From NCBI GenBank assembly GCA_001179505.1, contig CDMY01000304.1, positions 62,001 through 126,000 on the forward strand: a stretch of DNA of 64,000 nt, read 5' to 3'. Below are positions 40,692 through 53,769 of the stretch, one piece after another. Within the stretch, counting starts at the first letter, position 1. Each line of letters begins with the position of its first letter. The notes beneath the pieces were generated by a model. It was not told the DNA's origin. It made no database searches and worked only from the letters and a program-made list of their open reading frames with translations. Source of the stretch: Vitrella brassicaformis CCMP3155. Lineage: Eukaryota > Protista > Chromerida. A program made the position numbers and the translations under genes.

Positions 40692-43600
40692 ATGATGGAC
40701 CAAGCAAATGACACTTTGGACCACTCGATGTTCATGCGGAGCGAGCTGCTCAACGTGCTTAGCGACGTCAAAACCAAAGTCCAGGACAAACTCGGTCAGC
40801 AACTGAACGAGCACCACCGTGACGGCGGGCGGCCCCATGGATTGTGTCTGTTCGTTTGGATGATACACGCTGCAGGTATTGTTGATTTTCCCATCCCTCA
40901 GTTCATCATCATTGGCAAGCAGTCGGTGGGCAAGTCGAGACTCATTGAGGCGCTGGCCGGCGAACAGTTCACTTTCGTCTCGGGCACATTGGGTCTTTCC
41001 ACGCAAGAGTTTATGGCCGGAGGATTGATCAACATGTCCGTGTGTTGTGTGTCCAGGCTCCCGGCGGCCCACCATTATCGAGTTCCGCAACGTCATCGCC
41101 AACAGGACGTCCAAATGGCAGGTGGGTTGCATACATACACGACAGGAGCATGGCTGCAGAGCAGGTCTGTGTGTATGTGTGAGGAGCTGTCTACAGGTGA
41201 TGGACAAGAAGACCAACAAGTGGGAGGAGATGCCCGTCAAGAAAGTCATGAGCCTCCTCTCAGAAGCGCACGAGTCTCTCGGTATCTAGCACGCACGCAC
41301 CATTCTCGGAGCATTTGTCCGCACGGTTTGTGCCTGTGTGTACCTGAAGGTGCGTCTGTGACGGCCGAGCCCGTCTACGTGCGCATCGAGTCGGCACACT
41401 GTGTCGACATGCAGGTCGTCGATCTGCCAGGCTTTCGCGAATTCGCCATCGACAAGGGCAAAGAGGACCTCGCGAGGCAGATTGATACACTCGTATACAC
41501 AGACAGCAACACGCACTAGTGGATGGAAGGAATGCACAGCCGTCCATGACTTGGGCATGTCCGCTTGCAGAACATGAGTTTCATGAGCGATTCCCGAAAC
41601 GTGATGGTCTGTGTCGAGGAGGCAGGTACACACATAGATAGACACGGAGACATGAAGGAAAGATCCGTCTATCTCTCTATGTGCAGGCGACGCTGCCAAT
41701 ATGTCTACCCTTGCCCGGTGTAAGACCATCGACCCGAGATTCCAAAGGACGGTGCTGGTGCGGAATAAGCTGGATAAGTATTACCGGGATCTCACCAACG
41801 AGAACGTCAACGCTTGGCTGGTCGGTCCGTCGCTGCACACACACACACACACATACGCCATCCATGAAGCATACCTCAATGTCCGGGTGGCTGTAGGACG
41901 GCTATGGCGACCTGCCGGTTGACCTGATGAAATTCTGCCTCACATTACCACACTGGAACGAAAAAGAGGCAAGCAAGCATTTTCCCCCGTGCGCGCACCT
42001 GTCTCTCTATATCATGTGGATTTGCCGTCATGTCTCGTTCATGCAGCCGGCCCCCGCGCCCTTTGTCGAGCTGCGCCAACGCATGGACGCACAGGACGTG
42101 CTCGAACTCAAGACCAGGGGGGCCTCAGAAAAGTCCGTCAGCGACACGCACCGTGAATGTGTTTATGTATGGCTGCATGCGTCGATCAATGCGGTGGGTG
42201 TGCAGGTACATGAACACAATTGGCTTCAGGAACTTTTCGTGCTACATGGAACAAAGGATAGAAAGGATGTTCGTCGACGCCATCGGACCGGTGATTCGAA
42301 AGACATACACAGATGCGCGTGTGTCTCGATGGAGACAAATGAGTACTTCTCTCTTTCCCCCTTTACGTGTGTGCAGGTGGTGAAGAAGCTGCGAGAATTG
42401 AAGGAACAGGAGGCGGAACAAGTGGCCTTTCTCAAAGACGAGCTCAAAGACACCAGTACACACATCATTGTGGCATCAGTGGTGCACGTGCGAAACGCAT
42501 TTGGGGCCTTTGTATTGCTGCGTGCGTGTTGTGTGCCTGTGTGTAGACCCCGAGACGATCGTGACGACAATGCGGGATTGTGGCATGTCGTTTGCGCATG
42601 CACTCAACCACGTCATGGAGGGATACGTCAACTCCAACGTACACACCCATTTGCACACACCCCTTGGGCGGAGTATCATTGTGTGCTGTTTTCAGGTGGG
42701 CAGAGTGACTTTGGAGGAAGAGCTCAGGGACTTTCATGGTACACACACAAATAGACACATATTACCTTTGGACGGGCGTGTGCGTGCCCACGCGGACACT
42801 CCCTCACAGCATTTTACAACGCGCAAGGCGTCGATTGGCCGATGCTGCCGTCAGAGGACTTTGCGGGACTCGGTCGGTACACACAAGCACCAGCTATGCA
42901 CAGATATGCATGCGTGATCTGAATGCATGTGTCCGTCTCCTGTCTCCTTGCGTGTGGGGTGCAGATGACTACATCGAGTACTTGAAGAGTGACCTGCAGA
43001 TCGCTGCCTTCGACATAGAGGTCAATGGCGGCGCGCAGTTCAGGCGACTCATGTACGAGACAGAGGTACGTAACGTGCGCATAGCATACAATACATGCAC
43101 ATGTGTCTCTCTGTGTATGTGATGTGCATGCAGGTGTTCCTGCGCTTTGCCGAGATCGGGGTGCAAACCTCCAAGCGTGATGTGGTGCAGGCGAGAGGTC
43201 CGTCTCGTCGGCAAACAGACAGAAAGGAACAACTTAGGCATGCGCTCGTGTGCATGGTTGTGTATCCACGCAGGTGTGTCGATGGGCCAGGTGTCATGGC
43301 GAGACGTCATCGTGAAGCTGCTTTCCAACGAGGCACACCTGCCCATGAAGCAGAGAGTCCAGTGAGACACACACACAATGTGATGTATACACATACAACA
43401 CACGTGTCCATGTTTCCCTGTGTGTGTGTGTACGTGTGTGTGCAGGTATGTGGCCCACAGAATGCGGCGGTTTTTTGAGCTGCAAAAGGATGTGGTCATC
43501 GATTTCATGAGCGGGCTCAAGGTTGGCATGGCACACACGAGTGCAATAACGTACATGCGCGGTGCGGATGTCTCTCTCTGTGCAGGGGTCGGCTGACGAG

Positions 43601-44879
43601 CACATGTATTCGGCTCTGTACACAAAGCACGTCAAGCTCATGATGCACAATGAGATGATCAAAGTGAGCCAGCTCAAAGGCGCGACGAGAACACGCGACA
43701 GATCTGTACACATGTGTGTCCTATTGCGGGACAGAATCTGGTTTTCTCGACATTTGACACGGTGGTTGAGCGTCAGATGCATCAGTTCCTGGACCTTTTC
43801 TCCAACACAATGACATCCACATTCAGGTATGCACACCCATCGAGACAGACAGGGACACATATGTATTCATTCATTCTCTGCGTTCGGTCGTTCAGCAATC
43901 CCTGGGTGTTCCTCAAGAAGAACAGCACCGTCCTGGAGGTGTGTGTGAAGGAGCAAGGACATGCATTCGTCGCATCCGTTGCATTGCATTCGTGTGCCGA
44001 GTGTAGGACTCGGATGGCTTTGAGGAGGCGTTGCCGAGTTTTGAGGACACCAAGGCGAGAATACCAATGGTACACATGCATTCATGTCATACGCCCGCCC
44101 GCCCGCCCCTGTCCATCAACACACACACACGTCTGCGCGCAGGAGATCGGTACACGCAGCGGGATTGACAGCATACTGGCGCGGTGGATCGGCGACATTC
44201 CTGTCGAGGCCACGCAGGCAAGAATGAATTGCGCATTGCTTGTGGGTTCGTGTGCATCGGTCCATGAGTACAGATGGACGAGGCCGTCGAGAAGGTGCAG
44301 TCGCTCGTCAACAAGGCAAGTAGACACACATAAGCACACCAAGCGAGATACGGTGACGGTATGTCTCCCGCTGCCTCCTTGCAGACTTTTGCTTTCATCA
44401 GGTCGCAGATCAGCGACCAGGTCTGCATGCTCGCAACACCCTCACACAAAAGAGCATAGCTGGTCAGCGATGTTGTGCGTATGTGTGCATGTGTGTGTGT
44501 CATTGCAGGTAGAGTTGTTTGCTGAGTCGTTCTTCAAGCTGCCGCTGATGAGGAAAATGGAGGAAGACATGAAGAGCATCGAACTCAACGACGTACGCAC
44601 CAGGAACACGCGCACACTGTTCGCATATCGATGTGCGTGTCTCAGGTCGACAAGGAGACATACGAGGTGCGTCGGCAGTTTTTGGAGCAGACGCTCAAGA
44701 GGCACCAGGACGGCCTCAACGGGGTGCAGGAGTGCCTCAACAAACTCACCGCTTTTTCTATGTATGTGTCCAATGCATGGCTGCCATTCATGTCTATTCG
44801 CGCGTCTGTTTGTGACTGCAGGAAGTTCAAGAGCCGCTCGCCACACACAATTGCCTTCACACACGACAGGAGGCAATGA
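40692..44879 (+). CDS. Divergent dynamin-related GTPase (DRP5/ARC5/apicomplexan DrpC-like class)
   Basis: G1 IIIGKQSVGKSRLIEAL, G2 SRRPT, G3 VVDLPGF, G4 VRNKLD; GGAQFRRL motif in the middle region; ~25 short exons ending KFKSRSPHTIAFTHDRRQ* at 44879. Subfamily is inferred. Confidence 0.88.
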
Positions 44880-44994
44880 GTGTGAGTGTGTCCTCGTGCG
44901 TGTCTCTCCCGTCCGTGTGTTGTCCATTCGCGTCTTGGCCTCTGTATATTTATGAGACATCGTTGTGTGTGTTCACTTAACGGATTCATGCGAA
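44490..44994 (+). repeat. Direct repeat copy 1 (~505 bp; dynamin last exons and 3' flank)
   Basis: Near-identical to 50189-50694, with only a handful of substitutions seen by eye. Confidence 0.95.
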
Positions 44995-45461
44995 CGGACG
45001 GTGAATACACTCTTACGTACCACAGCAGAGGTACGTAGCAGTTCCTATATTATGTGACGCGGCGCGGACTCAGCAAGTAGTCGCCGTCAGCTTCAAGTTG
45101 CTCTCGGAAGAGTTTGACCCCCCCGTTGCCCCGTCGCCGTCATCGGCAGGCTCGTCCGTCTGGTGTGGAGCCTTGCAAGCGGGCACCTCGGACCAGTGCA
45201 GCAGGCGCTTGGAACCTGACTGCTCAGTACTGGTCCGAGCTGACCTCTGGGGGCTGGGGGGGGTCTGGCCGTCTCCGAGTACTGAGTACTGCTAGTAGTA
45301 CTACCATCGCAACTGTACTGCTACTAGTAGTAGGTCCCTGCGCTCTAGAATGTGGGACTGCTTGCACGCGCAGCGCACCCCACGTCTACAAGGCCAAGAA
45401 AGTGGCCATTTTGAAAGTGGCAGCTACATCCAGCTGCCGACGTCGGAACTTGCCGCACAGG

Positions 45462-48400
45462 ATGCCACCCATCATGGACGAACAGGCCATCCCAAGGTCG
45501 GTTTGCAATGCTCTCAATGACTCTGAATTACATGTCTGCATTTGTCTGCATGCGTCGTGATACAGTCAATGACATCGGGCTCGAGCGACCGTGCCCCTCT
45601 GCTAGCGGATGACGAGGGGCTGATAGAGGAGCTCCAGCTGGCTGACGTCACAACAGATGAGCCCTCTCATGCACCCAGACGGCTCGAGCAGGTACGACAC
45701 GCTGTGAGCGTAATCCTGACAGCCGGGAGCACACTTGCAGGTGCCATTGGTGGGTGCCCCGGCCGCCGACGGTTGGGAACGACTGATGCCCTGAGAGACA
45801 GCATCATCAAAGCCATCGATGAATCAGACCCGGAGGGTTTGAGAAAGGCCCTTGCCGATTTGTCGCCTGATCAAGCGGAGAAAGTGCTGACGACTGGACA
45901 ATGGGGCGACAAGGAGAATGACTCTGCCATCCACTATGCCGCACGTATACGCCCACATCACATGCATGAGGCAGCCGTGCATAACAGCCTCAGTGACGTG
46001 TGTGCTTCTCAGGACACTGCATCGATGTGGAGCTGTTTGAGGTACTGCTCCAAGACCGACGTCACCTGCTCAACCTGAGAAAAAAAAGCGGTCCATGTTC
46101 GAGATTCGCTTTTGCTCTGCCACTACCAACCAAGGCTGTCTCTCTCTCCTGTGTGTGCAGTATGGCACCATGCCTCTTCATTGTGCAGCAGGAGAGAGTG
46201 GTGCAGCTCCTGTCGTGGAGAAGTTCGTCGAGTGGGGCGGCGACGGTCTGTTGGAAGCTCAGGAATTCACGGTACAGCTCGATCAGAACGTGAAAGAGAG
46301 ACCGCCCTTTTACTCTCTAAGTCAGGCAAAGCGCACTCCTCTTTACTACGCAGCAGGTCAACCACTTATATAGATGGACTATTTCACAAATCCTTCTTTG
46401 TTGTCCTTCAGCAAATGACCATCTTGAAGTGGTGGAGTGGATATTGAAGAGGAACCCAGACCTGCTGAAGATCGGGGGTGTAGTAAGCTGCACTGCACTG
46501 ACCAATGCGTGTCGAAACCGTCTCTGCTCATAACTCTGACAGGACGGAAAGACGCCGCTGAACATTGCCAAGCCAAAAGCCGTTGCTGTAATGGTCGCTG
46601 TGGCTGGAACCACGGTCATGGAGCTCCTTACAAGTGGTAAATCGCCAGAGCCTCATGGACTTTCGGGAGTGGTACCGGGCGTGAAACGATTCCTGAAGGA
46701 CGGCAGTGAGTCGCCGGGCCTGGACACCCTTCGGTGGTGTTCCGTGTTTCGCCAACTGATGCAGTCGCGGCCAAAGGATTCTCTCGCAGAGTAAGAGAAG
46801 TCTCGCAGCCAGAGCCTCTGTATCCGTTCTGCTTGATGGGCCTGCAGTGATCTTATGAACATAGCAGACTGGCAGGAGGTAAAGAAGAAAACAGAGCATC
46901 CATCACTTCTGAGGCGTCGAATTAGCTCAGGCGTTCACGGCATTCTGCGCCGATACAGATGAAGCGCAGTTCCAATACTTACTTGGGGGCAAAGAGAAAG
47001 AGTGGTTTGCGCTGCTGGAATCTGCAGAGCCCCTGCAAGTGGTCATACAAGGTGAGCCTCATAAGAGCCTGACTCCGTCGCCCGCTGCATGTCTCCTTCT
47101 CCGTGCTCTGGATCCCTGCGACAGCCAACTCCGTCGCATTCGTGACATGCTTTTGGCGAAACAGATATACTCTCTCGGACGACGAGCTGTCGCAAATGCT
47201 GTCGCCCCGCATAGTTTTCTTCACCCGAGCGCTATCCATGCTTCTGATGTGGCTAGCATATCAATGAAGCAACTAGTCACATGGCATGGCATCCCTTTGT
47301 GTGTGTCAGGGTGGCCTTCGTGCTGCTCCACATCCAGTCGATCAAAGAGGACAGCGGTGTGATGTTGACGTGGCTATGGGGTACAGTGCTCACAGGTGCG
47401 GACAGAGTGACACACATGTTGATCAGGCATGTATCGTCACATGTTGATCAGGTGTGGGATTCATCCTGCTGGAGACGTTCCAAGTGCAGAGACATGCTTG
47501 ATCAACATGTGTGTCACTCGGTGCGTGTGTACTTGCAGGCCATCCGCTTGAAGGCTTCGTACTGGGCAGACTCATGGTGTGCGTCAGGCGTGCAATGCCA
47601 ACTGTGCTGGCCTTCATCTGTGCATCTGCGTGCTGTTGGTGTGGGCTTCAGGAACATCATCGACTTCGCGTGCTCCCTGTCAATCGCAGGCTTCATTGCC
47701 ATTCACTTCGCTGGCTGGTCGTCGTCGGCGGAAATGAGCTCAGGGATAGTGATCGCGCTCGGCTTTGCCTTGCGCCTCCTGCAAACTGCCTCTCTGCACC
47801 CCGCCGTCGGGCCACTCATCCTGTGAGGCGGCTAAGGCAACCAGGATTGTGTCTATCATTGTGCTGTTGTCAACCATTTGATGTATTCTCAAATGGATCA
47901 GGGCCATTCTGAGGATGCTGTCGGACATCAGCATCTTCCTGTTTGTATATCTTTACATCCTGATGGTATTCGCCGGGATGTTCACTCTTCTCTCATCCGA
48001 TGGAGACAGCGAATACTTCGGCAACTACGGCAAAGCCATGCTCACACTGTACGTATATGTGTGTGTGGATGAAAAGAAGACTGCGCCACTCACATGGCTG
48101 CAGTTTCTACGCCGGCCTTGGAGACTTTAATGCCGCCTTGGACAAAGCCATCGAGAGCCACGACACCGTGCGCACCGTCCTGCTGTTCATCTACGTCGTC
48201 CTGTCATCCATCATACTCTGAGCCCCACACGCGCAGCACCACACGCATCGATGGACACGGAATGCCCTCTTTGCTGTCTCACCATGGTTGCCCTCCAAAA
48301 CAGCTGAACCTGCTGATCGCCATAATGGTGAGACATACACAGACGAGGAGGATGGAGTGTCCCAAAGCTGATTAATGTTCCTGTGTGTGTCAGGCATCTA

Positions 48401-49579
48401 CGTTTGCGGCAATCGAGCAGACACAGACCGCGCAATACCAGTATCATGCGCTGACAAAGCGCATGACAGCGGTATGTCATGAGAGGGTCTGTCCGCTCAT
48501 GTATGAATGCAGGCTGCTGCGCATTCGCGTCTTGAACGAATTTCTCACTATGCCAATGCACGAACGATTTCCGCCACCATTCAACCTCATCGGTCGGTGC
48601 CCTCAAACTCCGGCATGAGAGATGCATTGTGCGTCCATCATGTGTGGGCATCTGTGTCTGCAGCTGTGACTGTGTCGGTGCCCTTGCGGTATCTCGCCTC
48701 CTTCATAAGCGAAGAGCGGCGACAGCAGTCGGCACTCTATCGCATTGCCTTCTGGTTGATCAAGGCTCTGTACACTACCATCGACGCCATCCTGTACGCC
48801 ATCGCCTTCACGCCCGCACAAATTTATACTCAACTGGAGAGGATTCCATCATACATACAGCAAGGGCGCTACTGCTGGGCACTCCAAGCGGTGTGTTCCG
48901 TCTTCTTGATGCCCCTGCCTCTTCTGTACCAATTACTGGCACCTTCCTCACTCACAGTGAGTGAGGAAAGCAGATCGATCCGTCATTTTCCACTTCTGTC
49001 GTGCGCTGCCACAGGAGTTTTCTGGGCCCATAGGGGGATTGAGAGCCAAGTGGGATGAAATGACTGACGATGAGAAAGCTGAAATGAGACGATTTGCACG
49101 GTATGGACCCACCGAGGAATGGTATGCCCAAATGAGGCGCTACGAGTACAACAATATCAAAGGCAGCATCGACAAGTCGATTGCGGCCGCAGATCACCAC
49201 GACTCCAACTTCCCTGACGTCATGACAGGTGAACCACACACAGCTACATCGACAGTAGCAGGCAGTCGAGCAGGAGGAGCAAGTTGTGTCTCTTTTGATG
49301 CCCTAAAGCGCTGAACATCTTCCAAGAGTACGTCAAAGATGAGGTCCAGCCAGGTGAGAAAGACAATCTAACTACCCAGGCTTTCTGCATTTGTTTTCAT
49401 TTCCAGTCTTGCAAGACGTGCAAACACGAATGACGGACATGGAGACGCACATCAAGACAAAGATGGGAATCAGGCTGACGAGGATGGAGAGGAATATGGA
49501 GCGATTGATAACGATGAAGACGGAGATGGAGACAGACATCAAGGTCATCAAGGCAAAGCTCGAGGAGAAAATGGGATAG
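45462..49579 (+). CDS. Ankyrin-repeat TRP-like cation channel
   Basis: Ankyrin repeats (DSAIHYAA, GTMPLHCAA, RTPLYYAA, GKTPLNIA), TM segments NIIDFAC...ALRLLQ...VGPLIL|AILRMLSDISIFLFVY, a pore-like region, S6 LNLLIAIM|ASTF, PPPFNLI motif and a C-terminal coiled coil ending EEKMG* at 49579. Start could alternatively be 45569. Confidence 0.85.
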
Positions 49580-50188
49580 GAGTGGGACACCGACTGTATG
49601 CTCGATGGACATGATAAGATGGTCACCGCACACATACCGACGGCTAATACCATCTTAGCCACCCGGTCTGAATACTAACTTGCCCGTTCACACTGGCATC
49701 AACTATCTAAAGCAGTTGCACGTTCACATTGGCACCCCATTCAAGGAGTCGCTCGTGCCGACTCGTGCCAATGTGTGCATTATCTCGAAGGCAGCTCAAA
49801 GCGCACAGTTTGTTGTGTGGGACAAGTGGCGAGAAAATTTATCAAATATCCCGAGACACAATGGGTAACCTGAGGGGGGAAGACGAAAGACAGTCCACCT
49901 ATCTTGCGCGCATATTTTGCAGATCCTCTCCACCTATTCTGACATCTTTGGCATCGTTCAAATTTTCGTCAGCCCTTTGTGACCAGAGACCGTCACAATC
50001 GTCACCCGCAGCCGGTAGAGGGACACGGAGGCAGACAGCCGAGTGGACGTGTGGCACACAGCTGATGATGCACTGCAGGCAAGAGAGTGGATAGAGAGAG
50101 ACAAAAACGGTGACTGACACGCTCACAAACGTATACATGCACCGTGCATACACAGACGACCTCTCTTCGTCCGCCATGAACCCGGCCA

Positions 50189-50694
50189 TATGTGTGTGTC
50201 ATTGCAGGTAGAGTTGTTTGCTGAGTCGTTCTTCAAGCTGCCGCTGATGAGGAAAATGGAGGAAGACATGAAGAGCATCGAACTCAACGACGTACGCACC
50301 AGGAACACGCGCACACTGTTCGCATATCGATGTGCGTGTCTCAAGTCGACAGGGAGACATACGAGGTGCGTCGGCAGTTTTTGGAGCAGACGCTCAAGAG
50401 GCACCAGGACGGCCTCAACGGGGTGCAGGAGTGCCTCAACAAACTCACCGCTTTTTCTATGTATGTGTCCAATGCATGGCTGCCATTCATGTCTATTCGC
50501 GCGTCTGTTTGTGACTGCAGGAAGTTCAAGAGCCGCTCGCCACACACAATTGCCTTCACACACGACAGGAGGCAATGAGTGTGAGTGTGTCCTCGTGCGT
50601 GTCTCTCCCGTCCGTGTGTTGTCCATTCGCGTCTTGGCCCTCTGCACATTTATGAGACATCGTTGTGTGTGTTCACTTAACGAATTCATGCGAA
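50189..50694 (+). pseudogene. Direct repeat copy 2: orphan duplicate of the dynamin last three exons
   Basis: VELFAESFFKLPLMRKMEEDMKSIELND and following exons are duplicated with no upstream dynamin exons; the acceptor CTCAG|G of copy 1 is changed to CTCAAG here. Confidence 0.85.
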
Positions 50695-50950
50695 TTTCCC
50701 GCAGCACCACAAGGGGCATGTATACTAGTAGAGGAGATGAGCGGCCGGCCGATGCTGCTGAACGTGTGTATGTGATGGTTGGTGTGCCGGTGGAGTCAGG
50801 CTTGCCGTGAAATGCGAGCTCGGAAATCTCAGGAATTGAATTGTCGCGCCACGCGAGGCCAATGGGGCGAAATGTGCGCTGTTTGACGTTCGTAGGATGT
50901 AACCATACTGCAAGCAGTCATCGGTCGGTTGCTTGACCGCGGCGCGTAGG

Positions 50951-53769
50951 ATGGCGGCGAGCAGTGCTGCTGGTAATGACGGCCCGGAGGAGAAGACGAA
51001 AGAGGACTTCCACCACCTCTTCACCTTCACAAGCAGTCATAAAGCCGGTACGGTGTGTGAATGCATGCAAGATCCGCCTCACTGCAATTGCTGCTGTGTG
51101 CGTGGGATCCATCAGGGATGGACAAGGTGGACCGGGAGAAGGCCAACCAGATCATCTATGAGATGTCCAAGGACAGCAGCTACTTCAAGAATGAGCAGCG
51201 CAAGGCCGCAGAAGTGGACAAGCAGATCACAGAGATGCTGGCGAAAGCAGACGCATATCGGTCGGTATCAGGGCAGACAGACAGGGGAGGGGAGGGGAGG
51301 GGAGGCTGGTATGCAATCTGTGCACGTGTGTACGCTGCGCGTGTGTGCTGGATGGTCAGGAACTCGCCGCCCGAGATGCGCCTGAAGGCCGAGCAGTCGG
51401 TGCGTGGGGTGCTGCAGCGTCTGGAGAAGGAGAGGGAGAGCAAGAGGGGCTCATGGTGGTGCCACGTAGACATGGACATGTTCTACTGCGCCGGTACGTA
51501 CGTCAAAACACACAGCACGACACACACATCACATCGTCACCTCTGTGTGTCGTCCTGGTTCCCTCAGTCGAGATCCGCGACAACCCATCTCTCAAGGACA
51601 AGCCCGTGGCTGTGGGCGCCGGACCCCGCTGCACTCTCTGCACCGCCAACTACATCGCGCGCTCGTACGGTGTGCGCAATGCCATGCCCGGCTTCATCGC
51701 GCAGAAGCTCTGCTCAGATAAGGGCGCTACTCTCGTCTTCGTCCCGTAAGGAGTACACACAACGACACACACACACACACACACACACAGGCAGGCAGGC
51801 AGGCAGTGTGCTTGCATTTCATTCGTTTCCCTGCTTGTGGCTGTGTTGTTCAGGCCTAGAATGAACAAATACGCCGAGGAGTCGAAGGTTGTGCGTGAGG
51901 TATGGATGTTGACACACACATGGTGGTAGTCTGTGTGTGTGTGTATGTATTGTTCTCGTGTGTGCAGGTGTTGTCAGAGTTTGATCCTCACCTGAAGATG
52001 GGCTCGCTCGACGAGGCCGTCCTCAACCTCACTGACTACCTCAAGTAACCCATCGCCCTCATACGGAGATGGATGCTCGTTTTTCTGTGCTGATTGGTCG
52101 TCTCTGCAGGAAGAATGGTCTGGACAGTCACGAGGGCAGAGTGCAGATCGCCACACAGATACGTCAGAGGTAGGTGACGCTCCGCCCACCAAATCGTGCG
52201 GACTGCCGTCGATGAATGTGTGTGTGTGTGTGTGTGTCGTCTGTAATCATCAGGATAGCTGAGCGCACTGGAGGTCTGACGGCGAGCGCAGGCATCGCTC
52301 CCGGCCGCATGATTGCGAAGATCGCATCCGACATGAACAAACCCAATGGTACGCACCACAATACACCGAGTGGGTCCCCAATGGGCTGCTGCTGGCACTC
52401 CCTTTGTCACGTGCTCACCGATTAGGTCAGACGATCGTCGAGGAGCGTGATGCAGTGGGCTTCACGGACAACCTGAGCGTGCGCAAGATACCCGGGGTGG
52501 GCAAGGTAAGTACGTCAGCCGTCCGCTGTCTGCCCCGCCAAACACTGGGTGGATCCATCCGAGCGTCCTTTTGTTTCTGTGTGTGTGTTGTGCTTGCAGG
52601 TGGGTGAGCGCAAGCTGGAGGCGCTCAACATCAAGACCTGCCGCGACATCCTCGACAACGCCGTTCTCATCACACAGGTGTGTAGGCGAATCGTGGATGC
52701 GTCCATCTGTCCATCTTTTCCACGTGTGCGGTGTGGTGGGTGTCAGCTGTTCACCGACCCCTTCAGGCATCTGCTGCTGCGTGCGGCCATGGGTGTCGAC
52801 GGCGAGCTCAAGGAGCAGGAGCGTAAGTCGTTCTGCTGCGAGCACACCTTTGACGCGACCGACGACCGCACGAAGCTCGAGAAAGTGCTCAGGAACATCG
52901 CTGCGGCACTCGCAAGTAGGCGACCCATCACCACTATTTGTTGTCACGGATGGACTCGTTGCTGTCGTGTCCTTGCATGCGTCAGAGGATCTGAAGTCGG
53001 ATCGCATGAAGAGCAGACACGTCACCATCAAAGTCAAGACGGCCGACTTCAAGGTTCGCAGAATCGACAACACACCAGAACCTGTCATCAGCAACACTCC
53101 GTTCCTGTCCCTCTCCATGCGGCTGTATGTCAGGAGCGGAGTGTCGCGATGCAGCTCTCGCGCAACACCGACGAGACCGACGACATCGCCGCTGGCGCGC
53201 GCAAGGCCCTCAACAAATACATCGACACACACGGCCTCCCCCGCATCCCGCAGCTGGGCATCAAGTGTGCCGGTCTGAGCCGCGTCATTGGTGCACACGG
53301 AGAGGCAGCGCCTAAGGGCACCATCGACTACCTCCTGCAGCAGCACAAGCACAAGAGGGGCAAGGGCAATGACAAAGAGGGAACGGTCGCCGAGATCGAG
53401 GATGAGCAGATGCAGCCGGAGGACGAACAGATGGACATCGAGATAGCCCACTGTGAGCGACACGCGGACCCGCTGCCCGATGTCATCGACTTAGACGAGT
53501 ACGAGGAGCACCCCCACAGCAACCCGCTGCCGCCGTCATCCTCGTTCAGCAGCCGCCCTGCCGCCCCTCTCCCCCAGAAGCGATCGCGGCCCTCAACCGC
53601 TGCACAGCCCAAACCATCGGTCAAGAAGGGCAAGAGGAACAGCGTGCAGCCGGTGTCGGGGCCGATGGACGCGCTGCTCAAGAGGATGGCTGACAAGAAG
53701 GCGGGCGGGGGCGATGGGGGTGGTGGGAGCAGCGCGGCGGGTAAGGGCGATTGGATTGAGCTGGACTGA
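50951..53769 (+). CDS. POLK: DNA polymerase kappa (Y-family, DinB/IMS)
   Basis: Pol-kappa N-clasp (KA|[30 protein letters not shown]), [10 protein letters not shown]|[37 protein letters not shown], catalytic [28 protein letters not shown]|[10 protein letters not shown] and little-finger [12 protein letters not shown]. Stop ends at 53769. Confidence 0.95.

Noticed and set aside
44490-50694. LTR retrotransposon interpretation of the 505-bp direct repeats
   Set aside because: The repeats are dynamin exons and introns, lack TG...CA termini and PBS/PPT, and the interior has no gag/pol.
52462-53463. 333-aa minus-strand ORF, and similarly 29941-30723 minus and 2808-3422 minus
   Set aside because: Antisense to well-supported plus-strand exons (POLK and others), with no independent motifs.
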